Origin: Desulfosoma sp.
GTDB taxonomy: Bacteria; Desulfobacterota; Syntrophobacteria; Syntrophobacterales; DSM-9756
NCBI GenBank assembly: GCA_037481835.1
Contig: JBBFKW010000006.1
Span: 32,001 to 96,000, forward strand
Length of the DNA: 64,000 bases
Reading direction: 5' to 3'
Part shown: positions 19,757-29,616 of the stretch, piece by piece
Position numbering within the stretch: the stretch's first letter is position 1
Layout of the letters: every line of letters starts with the position of its first letter
Program-made: the position numbers and the translations under genes
The notes under the pieces: model-generated
Told to the model about the DNA's origin: nothing
The model's input: the letters and a program-made list of their open reading frames with translations, nothing else
The model's database searches: none

Positions 19757-22513
19757 ATGGCCGAAGAACTCGAACAGATCAGCCGTGCCTCCAGCTACCT
19801 TGCCACGTTGTTGCGCCGGAACCCGGACGACGTGGACTGGCTGTGGAACCAAAAGAATCTTCTCCGGCGCTACGCCGTAACCGACCTCTATAACGACCTT
19901 ACCCGCACCGTCCATGACGCCGCGTCTTGGAAGGCTGCACTCATCGCCTTTCGCCGATTCAAGCAGAGGCATTTCTTGCGCATCGGCGCCCGCGACCTTT
20001 TGGGCCGGGCCGATCTTGCAGAGACGACGGCTCAGTTGAGCGACCTGGCTCAGGTGGCCTTGGAAGCCGGACTGCAATGGCTCAAGGACCATCCGGCGCT
20101 GTGGGCCCCGCCGGCGCTTGCCGCGCGGATTCCGGAGCTGTTTCGTCACCACACCCTGACGGTGCTCGGTTTGGGAAAGCTGGGAGGCCGGGAACTGAAC
20201 TACGTGTCGGATGTGGATCTGTTGTTTCTTCGTGAAGACACAAACGGGCGGGCTTCCGACGACGACCGTGAGAAATTCTACGAAACCTTGTGCCTCCTGT
20301 GCCAGAAACTCGTCAGCCTCCTGGCCGATTCCGTGGAAGGCGACCGGGTTTTTCACGTGGACCTTCGGTTGCGCCCCCAGGGCAAAGACGGGGAGCTGGT
20401 GCCTCGACTGGCGGCGGCCACGTCCCATTATCTGCTGCACGGCCGGGCCTGGGAACGCCAGATGCTCCTCAAGGCTCGACCCGTGGCCGGAGACCGGGCT
20501 TTGGGAACGGCTTTTCTCCAAGAAGTGCGCCCCTTCGTCTTCCGCCGATTCCTGGACTTTCAAGCCCTGGACGAACTAAAAAGCATGCGGGACCGCATCC
20601 TGCAGGAGTTGCGTTCCCAACGCCAGGGGGCGCCTTTCGACGTCAAGCTGGGGGTCGGGGGCATCCGGGAAGTGGAGTTTCTCGTCCAATCGTTTCAGCT
20701 GATCTACGGAGGGCGCATGCCGCAGCTGGACGAGCCCAATACGCTTGCCGCCTTGGAAAAATTGAAAAGCCTCGGGCTGCTTCCGGCCGAGGCCGCCGAA
20801 GAGCTGCGATCGGCCTACATTTTCCTTCGCCGCGTGGAACACTGGATTCAGCTGGATCAGAATCGACAGACGCAAAAGATCCCCGCTTCCCCGGAAGCAC
20901 GCCGAAGGTTGGCCGAAGCCCTCGGGTTTGAGGGCGACTGGGATCGTTTTTGGAAGTCCCTGGAGACGCATTGCCAGATCGTCCACAGGCACTTCACGGC
21001 GCTTTTCGAGCCGAGCGAGGCCGCCCGATCCCAAGAAAACGGCGCTCCTGAACAGGAGACGTCTTGGGACACGGCCCCAAGCGACGGCCCTTCGGGGTTG
21101 GATCGAAGCATTCCCTCCCTTGCCGGGCTGCCAAAGCCGCTTGCCGCCGGCATCCTTCAGGCCGTCACGCCCTTTTTCACAGAGGCGGATGGTCCCCGCG
21201 CCGGGGCCATGGCGGCCCGCATCGAACGCTACTTGGCTCAAGTGCGGCGCCGTCCTGGACTGGTTCATTTCCTGGCCTCCCATAAGGGGTTCATTCAGGA
21301 CATCTTTCCCGCTTTGGTGCGCTGCGATTTGGTGGCCGACCTTCTGGGAAGCCAGCCCAGCCTGGTGGAAGCCCTCAGCACCTGGGATCGCTTGGATGTG
21401 CCTCACGAACAATGGGAGGCCTCGGCGCAGGCCATCCTGGCCAAAGCTTCGTCTTATGAAGAACGCCTGGAGTGGCTTCGAAGGCTCAAGAATGAGCGGT
21501 TCTTCCTGCTGGCTCTGGCCGACGTGGCGGGGTTCTTGACACATGAAGCGCTGGAAAGAGCCCTTTCGGATCTGGCCGATTTCGTGGTCCGCCGCACCTT
21601 GGCGGCCGTCATGGACGCCGTGGGCCTCGCCCCCGGCCTGCCCCTGGCCGTCATCGCGCTGGGATCGCTCGGCAGCCGGGAAATGGACTACCTTTCCGAT
21701 GTGGACCTCATGTTCGTCTACGAACCCGAAGAAGGGGAAAAGGCCGACCACATTCCCGTTTCGGTGATCCGCATGCTGCAAAGATTTATGCGCATGTTGA
21801 GCACCCCGCTGCAGGAAGGACCGGGTTATAATGTGGATGCGCGGTTGCGCCCCACGGGCTCTTACGGCCCTTTGGCGGTCACGCGATCCACATGGGAAGA
21901 TTACTACGCCACAAAGGCGGACATTTGGGAACTTCAGGCGCTGCTGCGCTTTCGGCCCATCGCCGGGGACCCAGACCTCGGGTCGGCCTTGCGGGAGATC
22001 GCACGGAGCCTGTGCTTTCAAAAACGGGACCGGGAAACGGTCTGGCCCAGGTTGTGCTCCTTGAGGAAGCGCATGGAAGAGGAACGCACGGCCGAAAGAG
22101 AGGATGCCGTGGACATTAAGTTGGGTCCGGGAGGCCTTGTGGACTTGGAATTTCTCGCCCAAGGCGTGCAGCTCACCCACGGCCATGCCAATGCGGCACT
22201 CCAGCAAGGGTCCACCAAGGCCTTGCTCGCGCAGGCGCTTCCCCATGTCCCCGGCGGGGGCAAAGCCATGCCCGAGATGATCGAGGCTTTTTCGGCCTAC
22301 AAAGACCTGGAGCACCGGGTGCATCTCATGAGCCATCGAGCGGGATCGCTTCTGAGCAAAAACCAATTTATGGAACTGGCAAAATTGTCCCTGTGGCCGG
22401 CCGGTGCGGAAAGCCGTCGCATCCAGACCTGGGAGGATCTTCTGGCCGTGCGCCGGCGCGTTCGCCGCCTCTTTGACGGCGTGTGCGGCCGTGAGGCCCC
22501 ACAACCCCATTGA
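19757..22513 (+). CDS. glnE: Glutamine synthetase adenylyltransferase / adenylyl-removing enzyme
   Basis: Two NTase domains: LGKLGGRELNYVSDVDL, VDLRLRP, DVKLGVGGIREVEF; LGSLGSREMDYLSDVDL, DIKLGPGGLVDLEF. Confidence 0.93.
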   Translation: MAEELEQISRASSYLATLLRRNPDDVDWLWNQKNLLRRYAVTDLYNDLTRTVHDAASWKAALIAFRRFKQRHFLRIGARDLLGRADLAETTAQLSDLAQVALEAGLQWLKDHPALWAPPALAARIPELFRHHTLTVLGLGKLGGRELNYVSDVDLLFLREDTNGRASDDDREKFYETLCLLCQKLVSLLADSVEGDRVFHVDLRLRPQGKDGELVPRLAAATSHYLLHGRAWERQMLLKARPVAGDRALGTAFLQEVRPFVFRRFLDFQALDELKSMRDRILQELRSQRQGAPFDVKLGVGGIREVEFLVQSFQLIYGGRMPQLDEPNTLAALEKLKSLGLLPAEAAEELRSAYIFLRRVEHWIQLDQNRQTQKIPASPEARRRLAEALGFEGDWDRFWKSLETHCQIVHRHFTALFEPSEAARSQENGAPEQETSWDTAPSDGPSGLDRSIPSLAGLPKPLAAGILQAVTPFFTEADGPRAGAMAARIERYLAQVRRRPGLVHFLASHKGFIQDIFPALVRCDLVADLLGSQPSLVEALSTWDRLDVPHEQWEASAQAILAKASSYEERLEWLRRLKNERFFLLALADVAGFLTHEALERALSDLADFVVRRTLAAVMDAVGLAPGLPLAVIALGSLGSREMDYLSDVDLMFVYEPEEGEKADHIPVSVIRMLQRFMRMLSTPLQEGPGYNVDARLRPTGSYGPLAVTRSTWEDYYATKADIWELQALLRFRPIAGDPDLGSALREIARSLCFQKRDRETVWPRLCSLRKRMEEERTAEREDAVDIKLGPGGLVDLEFLAQGVQLTHGHANAALQQGSTKALLAQALPHVPGGGKAMPEMIEAFSAYKDLEHRVHLMSHRAGSLLSKNQFMELAKLSLWPAGAESRRIQTWEDLLAVRRRVRRLFDGVCGREAPQPH

Positions 22514-22530
22514 CGGGAGGCCTGCACCCT

Positions 22531-22959
22531 ATGGCCGTTTTCCCCACAATCACCGTGGACCGATCGTCCATCAACATTTCGGATATGACCGCTGTCTTGG
22601 AAGGCGATGACCGGGTCGTGTTCGCCTACCCCTATGGCTCCTTCTTGGAGGAAGGCCCGTTCCGAGACGTGGACATCGCCGTTTTCACCTCCCCGGACGA
22701 AAACCCTTTCGAAGTCAGCGCCGACCTCAAGATCGCCCTCTCCCGCCGGACCGGAATTCCCCCGGATTGTTTCGACATCCGGGTGATCAATCAGGTGGTG
22801 GACACTTGCGACCTCACGGGGCTGCTCTACCTCGAAGATGTCTTCACCAAAGGCCGACGTCTTGTAGACAAGGATCGGCAGATCCTCGCCGATTATTTGG
22901 AACGCTTCGGGTGGAGGTACCGTGAGTGCCTCGGCCTCATCCAGGAGTTTCTGTCATGA
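22531..22959 (+). CDS. Minimal nucleotidyltransferase (MntA-type antitoxin)
   Basis: FAYPYGSF...FRDVDIAVF (GS-x-DxD); GGGAGG RBS. Confidence 0.8.
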   Translation: MAVFPTITVDRSSINISDMTAVLEGDDRVVFAYPYGSFLEEGPFRDVDIAVFTSPDENPFEVSADLKIALSRRTGIPPDCFDIRVINQVVDTCDLTGLLYLEDVFTKGRRLVDKDRQILADYLERFGWRYRECLGLIQEFLS

Positions 22960-23189
22960 AAGTGGAGGCCGCCATTAAAGCCCGTGAACACGGGTTGATT
23001 TCCCTCGAACTCTTTCGAAAGCTGAAACCATTCTTTGATTTTAGAAACAGTCTGATTCACCGCTATGGGCCGATCGATGATACTTTGATGATACGAAACA
23101 TCATGGAAGGGCGGGGAGATTTTGAAAGGTTTGTCGAGGAGGCGGAAAATTATTTGGCTGGGGGTGATACAAAAAGAGGCAACGGGTAA
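22956..23189 (+). pseudogene. Truncated HEPN/DUF86 (HepT-like) toxin
   Basis: RNSLIHRY fits R-x4-H-x-Y; only 77 aa with the N-terminal helices apparently missing; ATGA overlap with the MNT gene. Confidence 0.65.
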
Positions 23190-23333
23190 GAGGAAGTTTT
23201 CAAGCTGAGCCCTTGAGCTCGACTTTCATACAAACATGGCCAAGGAACCCTTCTGCGACGCGCTCCTAGCCGCTTCGGAACGCTCATTTTCTATTTGACA
23301 TCACCCCCCCACTCTTGCCATTTTAAAAATCCG

Positions 23334-23411
23334 TCCAAACAAAGGCGTTTGGATCCTGCAATCGAACACCGCAGTTCGAAAAGGCCCTCCGCGCAGGCGG
23401 AGGGCCTTTCG
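23334..23411 (+). promoter_or_regulatory. Candidate ANTAR-binding dual hairpin with adjoining terminator-like stem
   Basis: TCCAAAC-AAAGGC-GTTTGGA and TCGAAC-ACCGCA-GTTCGA, both hexaloops with A1/G4, then AAAGGCCCTCCGC-GCAG-GCGGAGGGCCTTT; TTGACA at 23295. Confidence 0.65.
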
Positions 23412-23474
23412 TGCCTTTGGTTTCCCGGACAACGTCGTCCTTTATCCATTCATCAGGAAGGAGTGTTATCCGCC

Positions 23475-24605
23475 ATGTGCCGGCTATGTGCCCTGACGAG
23501 CTCCGAACCGCTGTCTCCCATGAAGGCTATCGAAGCCTTGGATGTCATGCGGGAAGGTCATGACGGCTCAGGTGTGGGGCTCTTTTTGAGCGACCTGGGA
23601 GGGCCGTGGGAAGAATTGGAAGGAGCGCCCATCCTCTCGGGGATCTTCACCAACGACGGCCTGAAACGGCTCGATCGGTTCATGATGGAAATCGGCTTTA
23701 TGACCAAGTACAAGCTGACCATCAAGACGCCGAAGACGGCCCCGCCCGGCGTCCCCAAGCGGGACGTCTATCTCATCCGCGCCTACGAACTGCCCGAGGA
23801 ATGGGACTCCCTTCCCCAGCAGGAAATCCAAAACCGCCTCACGGGCGTTCGGCTACAGCTGCGCCAGATGGGCCAGGAAAAGGAAGACATGATCGTCTTC
23901 AGCTTCTGGCCCGATTGCATCATGATCAAGGAAATCGGCGATCCCATGACCGTGGCCGAATACCTGCGCCTGGACCGCAAGGAACTTCAAGCCCGAATCA
24001 TCCTCGCTCAAGGACGCCAGAACACCAACTACGCCATCAACCTCTACGCCTGCCATCCCTTTTTCATCCAAGGGATCGCCACCATGACCAACGGGGAGAA
24101 CACGGCCTTCGTGCCCATCCGCGAATTCCTTACCTCACGAGGCTTTCCAGGCTACGTGGGGTATCAGTCCGATTCCGAGGTCTTCACCCACATCCTGCAC
24201 TACATGCGCCATTTCCTGGGCTTGGACCTGGAATACTACAAACACGTCATCACGCCCCTCCAAGACGAGGTGTTGGAGACGCATCCCAACGGAGCCTTTC
24301 TCAAGCACATCAAGCGAAGCTGCCGGCGGCTCATCATCGATGGGCCCAACTGCGTCATCGGGTGTCTTCCGGACAAGCGGCTCTTTATGGTCCAAGACCG
24401 TAAGAAATTGCGCCCGGGCGTGGTGGGCGGCAAACCCGGCCTGTATGCCTTTTCGTCGGAAATGTGCGGCCTGGACGCCCTGATTCCCGACCGTGACAAA
24501 TCCAAGGACGTGCAACCCATGCACTTGGACACGGCGATCGTCGGACCGGATCGCCGGGAGGTTCGTCTATGCTCTCAGATGGATACATCAGCCCCAGTTC
24601 ATTGA
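23475..24605 (+). CDS. Glutamate synthase, stand-alone class II amidotransferase subunit
   Basis: N-terminal MCRL (Ntn Cys), RQNTN, HPF, NGE, SDSE, DRKKLRP. Confidence 0.88.
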   Translation: MCRLCALTSSEPLSPMKAIEALDVMREGHDGSGVGLFLSDLGGPWEELEGAPILSGIFTNDGLKRLDRFMMEIGFMTKYKLTIKTPKTAPPGVPKRDVYLIRAYELPEEWDSLPQQEIQNRLTGVRLQLRQMGQEKEDMIVFSFWPDCIMIKEIGDPMTVAEYLRLDRKELQARIILAQGRQNTNYAINLYACHPFFIQGIATMTNGENTAFVPIREFLTSRGFPGYVGYQSDSEVFTHILHYMRHFLGLDLEYYKHVITPLQDEVLETHPNGAFLKHIKRSCRRLIIDGPNCVIGCLPDKRLFMVQDRKKLRPGVVGGKPGLYAFSSEMCGLDALIPDRDKSKDVQPMHLDTAIVGPDRREVRLCSQMDTSAPVH

Positions 24606-26203
24606 GTCTTCGGGACCTGCCCTGGCGGGTTCACTGGAGCCTGGAAAAATGCACCCTGTGCGGCCGCTGCACGACGGTGTGCCCGGTGCATGCCATCGAA
24701 CTCGGCGTGTTCCGAAAACGGGTGGTGGAGACGGCTTTCGGCATCACCCAAGAGCCCTCCAATGTCTATAAGGTCTTTTACGGCATCCGCCAGAAAACGG
24801 ACCCTGCCTACGCCTGCATCGGCTGCGGCATGTGCTCCATGGTGTGCCCCAACGACGCCATCCTGGCGTACCGTTCCGAGGAAGCGGACAAGCTGCGGTT
24901 CCACATCAACCGGGGCGGCCAGCCGCGGCGCCGCGGAGGCCGACGCAACGTCCCGGGCGGGATTCTGGACCGCATCAAATTCATTCGCATTTCCATGCTC
25001 ACCGACCCGGCTCTGGATGCGGGCCGTCACGAATTCGAACTGCGCACGCTCTTGGGGCGCGTCCTGCCTCCCGAGGAGAACCTCAGGCTTCTCAAGGAAA
25101 ACGGCTGGATTCCGCCGGTTCGGGAAATCTACCCTCTGATCATCGGCGGCATGTCCTTCGGGGCCCTTTCGCCCACCATGTGGGAAGGGCTCCAGATGGG
25201 CGTGGCGTACCTCAACGAGGAACTGGGCATGCCGGTTCGCATGTGCACGGGGGAAGGCGGCTGCCCGCCGCGGCTCTTGCGCTCCCGTTTCCTCAAGTAC
25301 GTCATTTTGCAAATCGCCAGCGGCTATTTCGGCTGGGATGAAATCATCCACGCCATTCCCGAAATGAAGGAAGACCCCTGCGCCATCGAGATCAAATACG
25401 GCCAAGGCGCCAAGCCGGGAGACGGCGGTCTTCTCATGTGGTACAAGGTGAACAAGCTCATCGCCGCCATTCGCGGCGTCCCGCCGGGGGTGAGTCTCCC
25501 CAGCCCGCCGACGCATCAGACCAAGTATTCCATCGAAGAGGCCGTGGCCAAGATGATCCAGTCCATGTCCATGGCGTGGGGTTTCCGCGTGCCGGTCTAT
25601 CCCAAGATTTCCGGCACTTCCACGGCCCTGGCCGTCTTGAACAACCTCACCCGAAACCCCTACGCCGCGGGATTGGCCATCGACGGCGAAGACGGCGGCA
25701 CCGGAGCCGCCTACAACGTGTCCATGGACCACATGGGCCATCCCATCGCCTCCAATATCCGGGACAGCTACCTCACGCTGGTCAAGCTCGGAAAGCAGAA
25801 CGAAATCCCGCTGTTCGCCGGGGGAGGCATCGGGAAGAACGGCAATTTGGCCGCCAACGCCGCCGCGCTCATCATGCTGGGAGCCAGCGGGGTGCAGTGC
25901 GGCAAATACATCATGCAGGCGACGGCAGGCTGTCTGGGATCGGAGTCGGATCGGTGCAACGTGTGCAACATCGGCGTCTGTCCCAAGGGGATCACATCCC
26001 AAGACCCCAGGCTGTACCGGCGGCTGGATCCCGAGAAGGTGGCGGAACGGCTGGTGGACGTCTTTCTTGCCTTCGATACGGAACTGAAAAAGATCGTTGC
26101 GCCTCTCGGCCGGTCCACGTCCCTTCCCATCGGCATGTCGGACGCCTTGGGAATCGATGACGCGGCGGCGGCCGAACGGCTGCACATCGCCTATGTGGTG
26201 TAG
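24569..26203 (+). CDS. Glutamate synthase FMN-binding subunit with N-terminal 2x[4Fe-4S]
   Basis: MSFGALS, TGEGG, IEIKYGQGAKPGDGG, DGEDGGTGAA, C..C..CPKGI; two CxxCxxCxxxCP motifs. Confidence 0.92.
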   Translation: MLSDGYISPSSLSLRDLPWRVHWSLEKCTLCGRCTTVCPVHAIELGVFRKRVVETAFGITQEPSNVYKVFYGIRQKTDPAYACIGCGMCSMVCPNDAILAYRSEEADKLRFHINRGGQPRRRGGRRNVPGGILDRIKFIRISMLTDPALDAGRHEFELRTLLGRVLPPEENLRLLKENGWIPPVREIYPLIIGGMSFGALSPTMWEGLQMGVAYLNEELGMPVRMCTGEGGCPPRLLRSRFLKYVILQIASGYFGWDEIIHAIPEMKEDPCAIEIKYGQGAKPGDGGLLMWYKVNKLIAAIRGVPPGVSLPSPPTHQTKYSIEEAVAKMIQSMSMAWGFRVPVYPKISGTSTALAVLNNLTRNPYAAGLAIDGEDGGTGAAYNVSMDHMGHPIASNIRDSYLTLVKLGKQNEIPLFAGGGIGKNGNLAANAAALIMLGASGVQCGKYIMQATAGCLGSESDRCNVCNIGVCPKGITSQDPRLYRRLDPEKVAERLVDVFLAFDTELKKIVAPLGRSTSLPIGMSDALGIDDAAAAERLHIAYVV

Positions 26204-26315
26204 CGCACAAGAAAACCGCAACAAAGCGCGATGAACGCACCGGAGGGGTCCCCCGATCGTCGGTTGAAAGAACCGAGACGGGCGGACGAACCGGATATGG
26301 AAGGGTGAAGAACCG

Positions 26316-28655
26316 ATGCAACGCATGACGACGCACGACGCCTTTTGGATTTCCGGGCGCGAAAACGGGCGGCGCTTGGAATCGCGGATCTTGGAGGAAC
26401 GCATCCAACACGCCTTGGCGCAAGGACACCGCCGGCTGGAAGTGGAAGCCTTCGGGCAGCACGGCATCGGGGGCCGACTGTGGCGCTCCGACGGAGAACC
26501 CGTCACCGTCACGGTGCACGGCACGGCAGGGCAGCGCCTGGGCTCCATGGGCTTTCCCAACACGGTGATCGAAGCCCTGGGGCCGGCTTCCGATGATGTG
26601 GGCTGGCTGAACGCCGGAGCGGAAATCATCGTCCACGGCCATGCCGCCAACGGCGTGGCCAATGCCATGGCCCAAGGCAAAATTTTCATCGCCGGGAGCA
26701 TCGGCGCCCGCGGGATGACCATGACCAAGCACAACCCCCGATTCGACCCGCCGGAACTGTGGGTGCTGGGGTCCGTGGGGGACTATTTCGCCGAATTCAT
26801 GGCCGGGGGAATCGCCGTCGTGTGCGGCCACGAACCGCTCAATCCCGGCAATGTCCTGGGGTATCGCCCGTGCGTGGGCATGGTAGGCGGCAAGATCTTC
26901 TTTCGAGGCCCCCACGGGGGATACAGCCACGCCGACGCCAAGCTCGTGCCGCTGAGCGATGACGACTGGCACTGGCTGGTGAAAAACCTCCAAAATTTCT
27001 TGGAAAAGATCAAAAAGACGGACCTCTTTCCCCTGTTTGCCCAGCGCAGCCAGTGGCAGCTTCTGGAGGCCCGGAAACCCCACGAAAAGGGGGCCGTGCC
27101 GAGAAAATCCATGAGCGCCTTTCACCGGGAGGTATGGGACCGGGAGCTGGGTCCCGGCGGCCTCATCGGGGACCTCACGGACCTGGATCGAAGCCCCATT
27201 CCGGTGATCGTCTCCGGGATCCTTCGCCGTTACGTGCCCGTTTGGGAAAACAAGAAATACGCCGCCCCGTGTGAGGCTTCATGCCCGACGGGGATCCCGG
27301 TCCACGAGCGATGGCGGCTCATTCGGGAGGGGCGGGTGGACGAAGCCGTGGACATGGCCTTGGCCTACACGCCCTTTCCGGCCACGGTGTGCGGTTACCT
27401 GTGCCCCAACCTGTGCATGGAATCCTGCACGCGGCAGGGCCTGCGCATGGCGCCCGTGGATGTGACGCAGCTGGGCAAGGCCAGCCTCAAGGCCAAGCTC
27501 CCCGAACTCCCGCCGCTCAGCGGCAAGAAGATCGCCGTGATCGGCGGCGGGCCCGCGGGCCTTTCCGTGGCGTGGCAGCTGCGCCAAAAAGGCCATGAAG
27601 CCGTGGTTTACGACAGAAGCCGACAATTGGGCGGTAAGATCACGGACGCCGTGCCCAAAACCCGCATTCCCGACGACGTCCTCAACGCCGAACTGGACCG
27701 CATCCGCCAGGCCCTGCCCCACGTGCACCTCCAGCAGGAACTCACCCGGGACGACCTGGAGCGGCTCAAGGCGGACTTCGACATGATTGTCGTGGCCGTC
27801 GGCGCGCAAAAGCCGCGCTCGTTGCCCGTGCCCGGGGCGGAACGGCTCATCCCCGCCCTGGAATTTCTTCAAAAGGCCAAACGAGACGCCGTGACCGTGG
27901 GCCGCACCGTGGTCGTCATCGGCGCCGGCAACGTGGGCTGCGACGCCGCCACGGAAGCGTATCGGCTGGGCGCCGAAAAGGTCACCCTCATCGACATCCA
28001 GGAACCCGCTTCCTTCGGAAAGGAACGGCAGGCGGCGCAGGCGGCGGGCGCCCAATTTCGATGGCCCTGTTTCACCAAAGCCGTTACGGCCCAAGGGGTG
28101 GAACTCACCACCGGGGAAATCCTTCCGGCCGATACGGTCATTATCGCCATCGGGGATCAGCCGGATCTGTCCTTTCTGCCCGACACGGTGCAGACGGAAC
28201 GAGGATTTATCAAGGTCGACGAATACTTCCAGACGACCGATCCGAAGATTTTCGCCATCGGCGATGTGGTCCGCTTGGGCCTCCTGACCGACGCCATCGG
28301 TGCGGGACGTAAAGCGGCTCAGGCCATCGACGATATCCTTTCCGGACGGCGGCCGAGGCAGCAGATCCGTCCCATGATCGACCCACGGCGTGTGAAGCTG
28401 GAATACTTCGATCCGAGGCGGCTTCGCTTCGATGGGGTGGAGCAATGTGCGGGGGAATGCGCGTCGTGCGGTTCCTGCCGGTACTGCGGCATTTGTGCGG
28501 CCATATGCCCTCAGGCGGCCATACGGCGCGAAGGCGGCTCCAACGGCGACTTCCAAATGGTCGTGGACCCCGACCGGTGCATCGGGTGCGGGTTCTGTGC
28601 CGGGGCGTGCCCCTGCGGCATCTGGAACCTTGTGGAAAACGACCCCCTGGAATGA
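26316..28655 (+). CDS. Glutamate synthase GXGXG beta-helix domain fused to GltD-like FAD/NAD(P) oxidoreductase and ferredoxin
   Basis: GDYFAEFMAGG, CVGMVGG; APCEASCP, CGYLCP; IGGGPAGL, IGAGNVG, FAIGD; C-terminal CxxCxxCxxxCP x2. Confidence 0.88.
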   Translation: MQRMTTHDAFWISGRENGRRLESRILEERIQHALAQGHRRLEVEAFGQHGIGGRLWRSDGEPVTVTVHGTAGQRLGSMGFPNTVIEALGPASDDVGWLNAGAEIIVHGHAANGVANAMAQGKIFIAGSIGARGMTMTKHNPRFDPPELWVLGSVGDYFAEFMAGGIAVVCGHEPLNPGNVLGYRPCVGMVGGKIFFRGPHGGYSHADAKLVPLSDDDWHWLVKNLQNFLEKIKKTDLFPLFAQRSQWQLLEARKPHEKGAVPRKSMSAFHREVWDRELGPGGLIGDLTDLDRSPIPVIVSGILRRYVPVWENKKYAAPCEASCPTGIPVHERWRLIREGRVDEAVDMALAYTPFPATVCGYLCPNLCMESCTRQGLRMAPVDVTQLGKASLKAKLPELPPLSGKKIAVIGGGPAGLSVAWQLRQKGHEAVVYDRSRQLGGKITDAVPKTRIPDDVLNAELDRIRQALPHVHLQQELTRDDLERLKADFDMIVVAVGAQKPRSLPVPGAERLIPALEFLQKAKRDAVTVGRTVVVIGAGNVGCDAATEAYRLGAEKVTLIDIQEPASFGKERQAAQAAGAQFRWPCFTKAVTAQGVELTTGEILPADTVIIAIGDQPDLSFLPDTVQTERGFIKVDEYFQTTDPKIFAIGDVVRLGLLTDAIGAGRKAAQAIDDILSGRRPRQQIRPMIDPRRVKLEYFDPRRLRFDGVEQCAGECASCGSCRYCGICAAICPQAAIRREGGSNGDFQMVVDPDRCIGCGFCAGACPCGIWNLVENDPLE

Positions 28656-28691
28656 GACTTCAGGCCGACAAGACGGCCTCCGTGGGCCATG

Positions 28692-29504
28692 TCACCATTT
28701 GACGAGATGCACGGCGGGAAGACTCCGGCCCAGGAACCTCTCCCCGATGGTCTGAAATCTCAAGGGCACATCGGTCACGTAGAAAGTGTATTGGGGCGGC
28801 GCGGAGGCGTCCGCGCTCAACCCCGAAGCCTCCAGGACCTCGGCCGTCTGGTCGGCCATGGCCTCGGCCGAATCCACCAGCTGCACGCCGGGCCCGACGA
28901 CCTCCTGGAGCAAGGGCTTCAACAGAGGGTAATGCGTGCAGCCCAAGACCATGGTGTCGATGGGGTGGCAGAGGACGGGTTTGAAGTATTCCTGGGCGGT
29001 GAGCCGCGTCACCGGATGGTCCAGCCACCCTTCCTCCACGAGGGGGACGAAGAGGGGGCACGCCTGGGAAAAGATCCGCACGGACGGATCGTAGCGGTGG
29101 ATGGCCCGGGCATAGGCGTTGCTATTGATGGTGGCCGGCGTGCCGATGACCCCCACATACCGGGCTCGCGTCACACTCACGGCACTGCGGGCTCCCGCGT
29201 CGATGACGTCCAAAACGGGCACGGGGGACATGCTCTCCACGACATGGCGGGCGACGGCGGCCATGGTGTTGCAGGCGATGATGAGGAGCTTGACGCCCTG
29301 CTTGAGGAGAAATCCGGTGATTTCCGCGGCGAAGGCGCAAATGGTTTCCACTGACTTGACCCCGTAGGGCACCCGTGCCGTGTCGCCGAAATAGATGATG
29401 TTTTCGAAGGGCAGCCGCTCCATGAGGGCCCGAACGACGGTGAGTCCCCCCACGCCCGAATCGAAAACGCCGATGGGCAAATGCTGTGCCGGCTGTGACG
29501 CCAC
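28692..29504 (-). CDS. murI: Glutamate racemase
   Basis: IGVFDSGVGGLTV, GDTARVPYG, IACNT, LGCTHYP; GTG start chosen from GGAGG RBS. Confidence 0.95.
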   Translation of the reverse strand: MASQPAQHLPIGVFDSGVGGLTVVRALMERLPFENIIYFGDTARVPYGVKSVETICAFAAEITGFLLKQGVKLLIIACNTMAAVARHVVESMSPVPVLDVIDAGARSAVSVTRARYVGVIGTPATINSNAYARAIHRYDPSVRIFSQACPLFVPLVEEGWLDHPVTRLTAQEYFKPVLCHPIDTMVLGCTHYPLLKPLLQEVVGPGVQLVDSAEAMADQTAEVLEASGLSADASAPPQYTFYVTDVPLRFQTIGERFLGRSLPAVHLVKW

Positions 29505-29616
29505 GATCGTTCTTTCCTCCTGAGAGACGATGACGGGACGTTGCGCTCGTCCCGCCATCGCCGTCCCGTAACCTGTCGCCGTTCGACAAGAAAGCCGCGA
29601 AGCTTGCCCTTTCGGG

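Noticed and set aside
24599..26734. 711-aa minus-strand ORF, and similar long antisense ORFs at 8374, 20576 and 43538
   Set aside because: Shadow frames of well-supported genes on the opposite strand
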